A stretch of 64,000 bases of DNA from an uncultured virus (IMG/VR IMGVR_UViG_3300042564_004560). Taxonomy: Duplodnaviria > Heunggongvirae > Uroviricota > Caudoviricetes. This document shows positions 56,227 through 64,000 of the stretch, one piece after another. The notes beneath the pieces are model-generated. The model saw nothing but the letters and a program-made list of their open reading frames with translations, made no database searches and was not told the origin of the DNA. The DNA is taken from IMG/VR virus record IMGVR_UViG_3300042564_004560; one strand, 5' to 3'. The position numbers were made by a program, and so were the translations under genes. The first letter of the stretch is position 1. Every line of letters starts with the position of its first letter.

Positions 56227-59022
56227 ATGTTTACAGACCAATACATTGAGTCGTTCCTACATGGAAACGACCCAGAAGAATTTATAGTTGCCATTGAGTA
56301 CGACTATCGTGAGAACTGCATCTACAAAATTAAAGAGATTCCTGGTAAAGGAAAAGAAATCCGTAAAGATACATTTACCCCATTTGCTTGGGTAGGTGAC
56401 TTACGTCAAATTAATTTTTACAAAGGTTCCAAAGCAGCTCAAAAAGAAGCCATGACCAAACATGGTATTATGATTGAAAAATTAGAAACCCACGGTAATG
56501 AAAGATTACAAAAGGGTATGACTTTCATGGTTAAATCACTTAAAGGTTATAGAGAACTTATCCAATTCTTTAGAGAAGGCGGATGTGACCCATGGGGAGA
56601 TAAAACCAAAGACAAAGTAATAATTCTACCTCCTGTAGAACAATATTTAATATCCAAAGAAAAAAGATTATTCAAAGGATTTGAGAATTACGAAGAAGTT
56701 ACCCGAATGGTATATGACTTGGAGACGACTGCTCTTGAACCTCAAGATGGTCGTATCTTCATGATTGGAATTAAAACCAATAAAGGTTACCATAGAGTTA
56801 TTGAATGTGTGGATGAATCTGAAGAGAGAAATGCCATCATTGAATTTTTCAAAGTAATTAACGAACTTAAACCAAGTATTATTGGTGGTTATAATTCTGC
56901 AAACTTTGACTGGCATTGGATATTTGAAAGATGTAAGATTTTAAATATTGACCCAAAGAAAATTTGTAAATCATTGCATCCCGACCATTCATTTACAAGA
57001 AAAGATAGTATGTTAAAACTCGCCAATGAGGTTGAGTCTTATACTCAAACTTCTATTTGGGGTTACAATGTTATTGATATAATTCATGCTGTTCGTAGAG
57101 CGCAAGCAATTAACTCAAGTATCAAAGCTGCTGGTTTGAAATACATTACCCAATACATTAATGCGGAAGCACCTGACCGTGTGTATATTGACCATTTAAA
57201 TATTGGTCCATTCTATACAAAGAAAGAAGACTTTTGGTTAAACATTCAAAATGGTAAGTATAAAAAAGTTGGTATTGATTCTAAAATTGATGCGGTTTGT
57301 GAGAAACGAAGTGATATCTACAATAAAATAACAGGAGATAAGTTAGTTGAGATGTATCTTGACGATGACTTAGATGAAACCCTTAAAGTTGACCAAGAGT
57401 TCAACCAAGGTTCATTCTTGTTGGCTGCAATGATTCCAACAACATATGAAAGGGTTTCAACAATGGGTACCGCAACATTGTGGAAAATGTTAATGTTAGC
57501 ATGGTCTTACAAACATGGACTTGCAATCCCTGCCAAAGAATCAAAGACTGACTTCGTAGGAGGTCTTTCTAGACTACTTAAGGTTGGTTATAGTAAGAAT
57601 GTACTTAAACTGGATTTCTCGTCCCTATATCCTTCTATTCAGTTGGTACATGATGTATTTCCTGATTGTGATGTGACGGGAGCTATGAAAGGGATGTTAA
57701 GTTATTTCCGTAATACTCGTATTAAGTACAAACAACTTGCTGAAGAATATTATAACATTGACCGTAATAAATCTGAATCGTATGGTAATAAACAATTACC
57801 AATTAAGATTTTTATTAACTCTATGTTTGGTGCCTTGTCTGCCCCTCAGGTTTATGCTTGGGGTGATATGTACATGGGAGAACAGATTACTTGTACGGGT
57901 AGACAATATCTTCGTCAGATGATTAAATTCTTTATGACCAAAGGATATGTACCATTGGTTATGGATACAGACGGTGTTAACTTTTCAACACCTGATGATG
58001 CAAAAGACCGAGTTTATGTTGGTCGTGGATTGAATTGGAAAGTTGAAGAGGGTAAAGAGTATTATGGACCCGAAGCTGATGTTGCGGAGTATAATGATAT
58101 TTTTATGAGAGGTGAGATGGCTCTTGATACTGATGGTGTTTGGCCGTCAACCATTAATTTGGCTCGTAAAAACTATGCGGTTATGGATGCCAAGGGTAAG
58201 ATTAAATTAACAGGTAATAGTATTAAATCTAAAAAATTACCATTGTACATTGAGGCGTTTTTGGATAAAGGTATTAAAATGTTATTGGAAGGTGATGGTA
58301 AAGCATTTGTTGAATATTACTACGAGTATCTTCAAACCATTTATGATAAAAAAATTCCATTGTCTAAAATTGCACAAAGAGCTAGAGTTAAGTTAAGTCT
58401 TGATGATTATAAAAAAAGGTTAACAACAAAAACTAAAGCAGGTAATAGTATGAGTAGAATGGCTCATATGGAATTGGCATTACAAAATAGTCTAAATGTA
58501 AGTTTAGGTGATGTTATTATGTATGTTAATAATGGAACCAAATCATCACAAGGAGATGTGCAAAAGATGACGGTAAAACAAATCAAAGATGCAAACGCTT
58601 TTAACTTGTTTAATGACCCGAAATCAAAATCAATCAGTGATGGTGTAATGATTAATTGTTATATGTTAGATAAAGACATTTTAGATAATAATCCTGATTT
58701 GACAGGCGACTATAATGTACCACGAGCAGTTGCAACATTCAATAAAAAACTTCAACCTTTAATGGTTGTTTTTAAAGATGAAGTTAGAAATGGGTTAATT
58801 GTTAATACCCCTGAGGAAAGAGGTATTTTTACAACGGCACAATGTGAATTAATCAATGGTTATCCATTAGGTAATGGGGACCAAGATAGTTTGGAAGAAG
58901 TTATGACATTATCAGATGGTGAATTATCTTATTGGGAAAAAAGAGGTCTTAATTCTGATTATATGTATGAAATGGCAGAAGAAAATTGGGAAGAAAAATT
59001 AGGATTGCTTCAAACCGTCTGA
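56227..59022 (+). CDS. DNA polymerase family B
   Basis: Exo motifs YDLETT and GYNSANFDW; polymerase motifs LDFSSLYPS, KIFINSMFG, MDTDG, KNYA. Confidence 0.95.
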   Translation: MFTDQYIESFLHGNDPEEFIVAIEYDYRENCIYKIKEIPGKGKEIRKDTFTPFAWVGDLRQINFYKGSKAAQKEAMTKHGIMIEKLETHGNERLQKGMTFMVKSLKGYRELIQFFREGGCDPWGDKTKDKVIILPPVEQYLISKEKRLFKGFENYEEVTRMVYDLETTALEPQDGRIFMIGIKTNKGYHRVIECVDESEERNAIIEFFKVINELKPSIIGGYNSANFDWHWIFERCKILNIDPKKICKSLHPDHSFTRKDSMLKLANEVESYTQTSIWGYNVIDIIHAVRRAQAINSSIKAAGLKYITQYINAEAPDRVYIDHLNIGPFYTKKEDFWLNIQNGKYKKVGIDSKIDAVCEKRSDIYNKITGDKLVEMYLDDDLDETLKVDQEFNQGSFLLAAMIPTTYERVSTMGTATLWKMLMLAWSYKHGLAIPAKESKTDFVGGLSRLLKVGYSKNVLKLDFSSLYPSIQLVHDVFPDCDVTGAMKGMLSYFRNTRIKYKQLAEEYYNIDRNKSESYGNKQLPIKIFINSMFGALSAPQVYAWGDMYMGEQITCTGRQYLRQMIKFFMTKGYVPLVMDTDGVNFSTPDDAKDRVYVGRGLNWKVEEGKEYYGPEADVAEYNDIFMRGEMALDTDGVWPSTINLARKNYAVMDAKGKIKLTGNSIKSKKLPLYIEAFLDKGIKMLLEGDGKAFVEYYYEYLQTIYDKKIPLSKIAQRARVKLSLDDYKKRLTTKTKAGNSMSRMAHMELALQNSLNVSLGDVIMYVNNGTKSSQGDVQKMTVKQIKDANAFNLFNDPKSKSISDGVMINCYMLDKDILDNNPDLTGDYNVPRAVATFNKKLQPLMVVFKDEVRNGLIVNTPEERGIFTTAQCELINGYPLGNGDQDSLEEVMTLSDGELSYWEKRGLNSDYMYEMAEENWEEKLGLLQTV

Positions 59023-59334
59023 ACTTAAAATATACCAATTACCACCAACAAACCTAAATTCAATACAAGCATATCTTTCTGCGACTACTTCATCATAGTC
59101 CTCATCAATTTTACCGGTGTCAGGTATGATTGTAAGTCTTGTCATTGATTTTACTACAACATGGTCTGTTGTTTTTGAGTCTAAAATAACTGTTGAGTCG
59201 GAAACTCCCCTAACAACTATACAAGATTCACCATTGGTTTGGTAATTTGTTTCAGAAACTATTGAGATTTCTGATGTGTCTATAACTAAACCATTAATGA
59301 TTTTTCTTGAGGGTATTGTTTTTATAATTGCCAT
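58999..59334 (-). CDS. Hypothetical beta-rich protein
   Basis: 111 aa downstream of neck gene; 3' end overlaps polymerase gene. Confidence 0.6.
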   Translation of the reverse strand: MAIIKTIPSRKIINGLVIDTSEISIVSETNYQTNGESCIVVRGVSDSTVILDSKTTDHVVVKSMTRLTIIPDTGKIDEDYDEVVAERYACIEFRFVGGNWYILSSDGLKQS

Positions 59335-59338
59335 AAAT

Positions 59339-60463
59339 TTAAATTACATATATTTGACGAGGCATTGCTCTAAACTTCATTTGTTTGTTTAAGTTTTCTG
59401 CGATTAACGCTTCTCTTTCCATTACTTTATCGGGTCTCATTCTTGTTAACCATCCTTCAGCTCCTGTTAATTCTTCTATTAATTTAGATTTTTCATCTTT
59501 GGCCTCGGTTAGTAAACTTTGGTAATCCATTACAATTTCAGAATCAGGTGTCTTTAAGTTCCCACTATATTTACCTCTAACTCTCGCCAAAGTTTCTTTA
59601 CAATATGCTGTAAACCATCTTCTCACCCATTGTTGACCAGGGACATTTAAGTCTTCCCAAGATAATTCTTCAATAGGTACATCTGTTGGTAATTTAATAA
59701 TATCAGGATTATTTTTTAAACAATCGGCTCTACTATCAGGTTCAACATCATAGTACCAATACCATACGGCTTTACCCACGTATTGACTATAACTTGACCA
59801 ATTAAATTTACCACCAGGGGTATTCATTAAGTGAATTAACTTTTTACCATCAGGTAATCCTGTTATTCTATATGTCATTGAACCACCTAATATTCTATTA
59901 AGAATATTTGCTTCTTGCATTCTAATTAAATAATCAAAACCTGACATCATAAAATAAGAACCTTGATTACCCATTTGAGCAAATCCTGCTTGGTCGGCAC
60001 CTAAACCGATACCACCAAAACCACCACCCATACCACCTATTCCAAAGGCGGTCCAAGGTTGGTCACTAAACCATAGTAATTCGTTAACCTCTCTACCTGC
60101 GGGAATTTCGTATGTTTGAACATTCTTTTCAAGAACAAAATAATCTTTCTTTAAAACCCAAGGACCTTCAGTTTGAAGACCAACAATTTTAGAATAAGCA
60201 TAACTGAACTGTTGTTCAAAATCCATAGTTCTTGTGACTAAGGCTCTTGCAACTGACCTTTCGTTCATGTTTAAATTCACAAGATTAACCCATTGTGAAT
60301 CAATTAACCATTGAAGAATATACTCTTCGTAATCCCCAAGGGCTAACTCCATTAATGAATCCATCATCTCATCTTCAAGTTCAACACTTCTTAGTGGTGC
60401 ACCTAACTGATGTTTAATTCTTGTATAAATTTTACTTCTTTCTGGTTCCGGTATTACTGCCAT
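59339..60463 (-). CDS. Neck/head-completion protein (T4 gp13-like)
   Basis: IKHQLGAPLRSVELEDE; WVRRWFTAYCKETLARVRGKY. Confidence 0.75.
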   Translation of the reverse strand: MAVIPEPERSKIYTRIKHQLGAPLRSVELEDEMMDSLMELALGDYEEYILQWLIDSQWVNLVNLNMNERSVARALVTRTMDFEQQFSYAYSKIVGLQTEGPWVLKKDYFVLEKNVQTYEIPAGREVNELLWFSDQPWTAFGIGGMGGGFGGIGLGADQAGFAQMGNQGSYFMMSGFDYLIRMQEANILNRILGGSMTYRITGLPDGKKLIHLMNTPGGKFNWSSYSQYVGKAVWYWYYDVEPDSRADCLKNNPDIIKLPTDVPIEELSWEDLNVPGQQWVRRWFTAYCKETLARVRGKYSGNLKTPDSEIVMDYQSLLTEAKDEKSKLIEELTGAEGWLTRMRPDKVMEREALIAENLNKQMKFRAMPRQIYVI

Positions 60464-60467
60464 GTCA

Positions 60468-60474
60468 ATAAATA
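60468..60474 (-). promoter_or_regulatory. Putative late promoter motif TATTTAT
   Basis: Plus strand ATAAATA, 4 nt before ATG 60463. Confidence 0.6.
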
Positions 60475-60480
60475 TATTAG

Positions 60481-62019
60481 TTATTCTATTTCGTGAATTA
60501 ATGATGAATCATTAAACACATATTGGTTATGGTTTTTTATTGGTTTATTATCAAAAATCAAAATTTTATTTGTTTTTGTATTAATAAATATCATCCAATC
60601 TACACTATATGGTTGAACATTACCAGTATCTTTAACCGTAATTGTGTTGTTTTCTTTTGTGATTGAGGAATATGGTTTAACTTGTGTTCTATATCTTTTA
60701 CCATTTAAAGTGATTGCCAAATCTTCCCCTTTAAATGCGTCTATTTTTTGACCATGACCCCCAAGTTTTTCAAGTTTTGCAGAATCTCCAAAATATTTTT
60801 GGAATTTATCTAATACCTCATCTTCAGACTTTTGTCCTCTATCCCATAGTTTTTTTAATACTTTGATGATATTAATAAATTCTTCGTTATTTTTTGTGAA
60901 TATTTTTGTTTTAAAATGATTTAACGCTTTAACCAATCGGTTAATTTCTGTAATTGTTCTGTTTTCTTTTTTAGAAAAATCAAATTTCTTTTCGGGTTTA
61001 CCTAATTTCTCAATTTGAATATTGATTGCTCGGGTTAACAAACAAAATGTGTTGAAGTTTGTGTTTAAATTATTAAGGATTGACCTTCCTTCTTTAGACT
61101 CTAATCCGTAAAACCCTGACATTTCTTTATCAGTACTCTCAACCCAAAATTGATGGAATACTTGTTTTAGTGAGTCAGTTACTCCGTCTTGATAAATTTT
61201 CTTAATTTTTGTATTGTTGATAAGTTCTCTGTAGAATTGAACTTCTTTGGCATCACAGAATTTTGCCTCTTTAGATTCGGTTATTAATTTCTCAAGTTTA
61301 ACAGATTCCATTAGTTTTGTTTCTGTTTTCATTTCATATAATTTAGAAACAAAATCCCAATTTACAACTTTCCAAAAGTTTACAATATATTCATCTCTTT
61401 TGTTTCTATACTTTAGATAATAAGCGTGTTCCCATAGGTCTAACCCTAAAAGTGGAAATCCACCACCTTCAATAACATTCATTAAAGGATTATCTTGATT
61501 TGGAGTTGACATAATCTTTAATGTGTTTTTAGCTGTGAGTACTAACCATACCCAACCTGAACCGAATCTATCTTTAGCAACAGTATCAAATTGTTTTTTG
61601 AAAGAGATAAAACTTCCAAATTGTTTTGTTATTTTTTTTAAAAGTTCCCCTTCTAATTTCTTAGGGGTCGGGGTTAACATGTTCCAAAATAATGCGTGGT
61701 TAAAGGCTCCACCGGCATTATTTCTAATTGTTTTATCAAAACGACCTATTGTTTTAATAATTTGTTCTAACTCTAAGTCCCCGTATTTTTTCTTGGATAA
61801 AGCATCGTTTAGTTTATCTACATACCCTTTGTAATGTTTGTTGTAGTGGAAGTTCATTGTTTCGGGGTCAATAAACTGTTTGAGGGCTGAATAGGAGTAT
61901 GGTAATTTTTCTATTCCTATTTTTTTCATTTCGGTAATCAATAACTCTTTTTCTTTGGTGATGTGGTTTTCAAGTATTTGTGTTTCGAGTTGTTGAATTT
62001 TCTCTTCTATTTTTTTCAT
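60481..62019 (-). CDS. sod: Fe/Mn superoxide dismutase fused to a C-terminal PD-(D/E)XK-like domain
   Basis: LPYSYSAL, FHYNKHYKGYV, NHALFW, FGSGWVWL, NQDNP, DLWEHAYY; extra ~270 aa with GEDL...TQVKP. Confidence 0.85.
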   Translation of the reverse strand: MKKIEEKIQQLETQILENHITKEKELLITEMKKIGIEKLPYSYSALKQFIDPETMNFHYNKHYKGYVDKLNDALSKKKYGDLELEQIIKTIGRFDKTIRNNAGGAFNHALFWNMLTPTPKKLEGELLKKITKQFGSFISFKKQFDTVAKDRFGSGWVWLVLTAKNTLKIMSTPNQDNPLMNVIEGGGFPLLGLDLWEHAYYLKYRNKRDEYIVNFWKVVNWDFVSKLYEMKTETKLMESVKLEKLITESKEAKFCDAKEVQFYRELINNTKIKKIYQDGVTDSLKQVFHQFWVESTDKEMSGFYGLESKEGRSILNNLNTNFNTFCLLTRAINIQIEKLGKPEKKFDFSKKENRTITEINRLVKALNHFKTKIFTKNNEEFINIIKVLKKLWDRGQKSEDEVLDKFQKYFGDSAKLEKLGGHGQKIDAFKGEDLAITLNGKRYRTQVKPYSSITKENNTITVKDTGNVQPYSVDWMIFINTKTNKILIFDNKPIKNHNQYVFNDSSLIHEIE

Positions 62020-62040
62020 ATAATTAGATTATTCATTACA

Positions 62041-62048
62041 TATAAATA
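62041..62048 (-). promoter_or_regulatory. Putative late promoter motif TATTTATA
   Basis: Plus strand TATAAATA upstream of SOD fusion. Confidence 0.6.
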
Positions 62049-62061
62049 ATCCAGTTTTTAT

Positions 62062-63816
62062 TTAATTACGCATTTGGTTAATTCGTTTCAAAATTTCTTC
62101 GGCAGCATCTGCGGTATTTTGATTATCACCCATCACAGTTGCAATGACTTGTTTCTTGTTATTGAGTATGTCATAGATAATTCCTTCAATTGTATTTTCA
62201 AATATTGGGTAATAAACTAATACATTATTTTTTTGACCGTATCTATAACTTCTATCTTCAGCTTGAGCGTGGTCTGAAGGAAGAAACGATAAATCATTAA
62301 AGATTACCGCTTCGGCGGCGGTTAATGTAATACCAACACCAGCAGCTTTAATATTACCCACAAATACTTTTATTTTATCATTCTCTTGGAATTGGTCAAC
62401 ACTATATTGTTTTTCTGTTTTAGACATTGTCCCATTAAGTTTAACAGCCATTTTTCCAAAATGTTCTGTTATTTTTTCTAATGAATCAGTAAAATTACAG
62501 AAGATAATAACTTTTTTACCTTGTTCAATAATGTTCTCGGCAAGTTCTATTGTTTGGGTGATTTTTTCATCAGCAATAACTTGTCGTATTTTTGTTAATT
62601 TAGTAAATTGAACCGTAAGTGATTTTGACTCTTCGGGGTTTTTATCATACCAATCATAATACTCACCCATAATTGCTTCATACATTTTAGATTTTAACCT
62701 AAGATATACAGGTGTGATAATTTTGTCGGGAAGGTTAAGGACATTTTCTTTGAGTCGTCTTAATGTAAGACCCGCAGTTCGGTCTCTTAATTCTTCAAGA
62801 TTGGATGCTCCTGTTACATTCCATATTTTTCTACCGCCAGCATTAAATTGATAACCTTGACAATATCTAATAGCGTATGCCATCCAATTCTTTGCAACGG
62901 GGGAATCAACTAAACTTAATAGATTAAAATAATCCATTGGTCTTGATGTCATTGGGGTACCTGTTAATAACCAAAGTCGGTCTACTTTTTTAACAAGGTC
63001 ATTGATTAATTTTGTTCTTTGGGCGGTGGCGTTTTTAATGTAGTGGGCTTCATCAACAATTACTAAATCAAAATTAGAATCAAGAATTTGGGAGTTTTCT
63101 TTCTTTTTTGTGGTGTGAAAGTTTTTAATAATATCGTAATTAATAATGACAAAATCCGCATCACCATTAAAATTTTTACCTTCTGAGATGTAGATAGATT
63201 TATCTGAATAATTTTCTATCTCTCTTTTCCAGTTAATCTTTAAAGTTGCGGGACAAATAATTAAAACTTTTTTAGAACCTGATTCTAATGCGGCAATGAT
63301 TGTTGAGGTTGTTTTACCCAATCCCATATCATCGGCAAGAATAAACTTTTTGTTTTCTACTAATTTTTGGATTGATTCTTTTTGATGGTCAAGTGGTGGA
63401 CGGTGAGAATATTTGTCGTAATTTATAACAACATTTTTTACCGTATTATCTTTAATGATTGCCGCTTTTGGTAACCAAAAATCATGAAATTCTTGTGTCT
63501 CTGTTATTCTACCCCAAATGTGAAACGCTTTTTCTTTGTCTGCCAATAACTTTTCAACCCACACCCTTTCAGGTATTTCAGTCATAAGTTTATCATCCGC
63601 CAATTTTTGTGCAAAATAGGCATCAAGTATTACCCATTTTTTTGCAACCTTTGGTTGTTTGTCATGGTTATTAATTATGTATTCTGCCTGACTTCTTGTT
63701 GGATAAAATCTTCTATTTATTTGAGATTTTCTTTTAAGTTCAATAAGATAATTATTTCCCCCTTCGTAAGTCTCCAATAAGGTCATCGCCTTAGACTCTA
63801 AACTTGCTTCACTCAT
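62062..63816 (-). CDS. SNF2-family helicase (HARP/SMARCAL1-like)
   Basis: LADDMGLGKT, VDEAH, LTGTP, AAGVGITLT, QAEDRSYRYGQ. Confidence 0.92.
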   Translation of the reverse strand: MSEASLESKAMTLLETYEGGNNYLIELKRKSQINRRFYPTRSQAEYIINNHDKQPKVAKKWVILDAYFAQKLADDKLMTEIPERVWVEKLLADKEKAFHIWGRITETQEFHDFWLPKAAIIKDNTVKNVVINYDKYSHRPPLDHQKESIQKLVENKKFILADDMGLGKTTSTIIAALESGSKKVLIICPATLKINWKREIENYSDKSIYISEGKNFNGDADFVIINYDIIKNFHTTKKKENSQILDSNFDLVIVDEAHYIKNATAQRTKLINDLVKKVDRLWLLTGTPMTSRPMDYFNLLSLVDSPVAKNWMAYAIRYCQGYQFNAGGRKIWNVTGASNLEELRDRTAGLTLRRLKENVLNLPDKIITPVYLRLKSKMYEAIMGEYYDWYDKNPEESKSLTVQFTKLTKIRQVIADEKITQTIELAENIIEQGKKVIIFCNFTDSLEKITEHFGKMAVKLNGTMSKTEKQYSVDQFQENDKIKVFVGNIKAAGVGITLTAAEAVIFNDLSFLPSDHAQAEDRSYRYGQKNNVLVYYPIFENTIEGIIYDILNNKKQVIATVMGDNQNTADAAEEILKRINQMRN

Positions 63817-64000
63817 TTAAGTAACATTAGTATGTGTCCTACCGTCGCTCCAATAACTCATATCACCATAATATGTGAAAATTTCTTCGTTAGGATTTAT
63901 TTCTTTTATTGCGTAAAATTCAAAAGTGTTGTTTTCCAAATTTGACCTCCAACTTGAATTTGGGTTATCACTATGATTATACAACATTCCATAACCTGTA
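63817..64000 (-). CDS. SET-domain protein, C-terminal part (5'-truncated; not in ORF track)
   Basis: Manual translation: TGYGMLYNHSDNPN...FYAIKEINPNEEIFTYYGDMSYW...VT*; stop abuts helicase ATG. Confidence 0.85.
   Translation of the reverse strand, partial: TGYGMLYNHSDNPNSSWRSNLENNTFEFYAIKEINPNEEIFTYYGDMSYWSDGRTHTNVT

Noticed and set aside
1..64000. Giant eukaryotic virus origin (GT60, SET, SNF2, sugar pathways) or a bacterial capsule locus
   Set aside because: T4-like terminase, portal, protease, gp23 capsid, neck, sigma and bacterial promoters/terminators indicate a tailed phage
1..64000. Stop-codon reassignment, introns/inteins or tRNA genes
   Set aside because: Core genes are full length in the standard code with dense packing; no intein, intron or cloverleaf was recognised by eye (tRNAscan not run)

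Overview
AT-rich segment of a large T4-like (myovirus/jumbo-type) dsDNA phage genome in the standard genetic code. The host is very likely Bacteroidota, based on TAnnTTTG promoters, no obvious Shine-Dalgarno motifs, a Flavobacteriia-like bS21 and a DUF4494-like gene. Layout: (1) head module with terminase, portal, prohead protease, scaffold and gp23-type major capsid, plus ribosomal protein bS21 (1-9.3 kb); (2) putative internal-head, baseplate and spike genes (9.4-20.1 kb); (3) a gp55-like sigma factor at the end of a ~19 kb minus-strand operon of glycosyltransferases and nucleotide-sugar enzymes (Gmd, ColD-like, Fcl/ColC-like, Glf, Ugd-like, GT10/GT11/NodZ-like) with PhoH, dUTPase and an exonuclease (20.1-39.6 kb); (4) Thr/Pro-rich mucin-like, Cys-domain virion proteins directly followed by a GT60-like polypeptide GlcNAc-transferase, GT25 and two HtrL/YibB-like genes (42.3-55.0 kb); (5) an unannotated ArfA-like small ORF, family B DNA polymerase, neck protein, Fe/Mn-SOD fusion, SNF2 helicase and a truncated SET-domain gene. 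The main hypothesis is a phage-encoded mucin-type O-glycosylation system that builds a glycan coat on the virion. Other highlights are a TATTTAT late-promoter motif with probable leaderless mRNAs, and recurrent (I/L/V)xE propeptide-like leaders on probable capsid-packaged enzymes. All family assignments come from motif recognition by eye; no searches were run.
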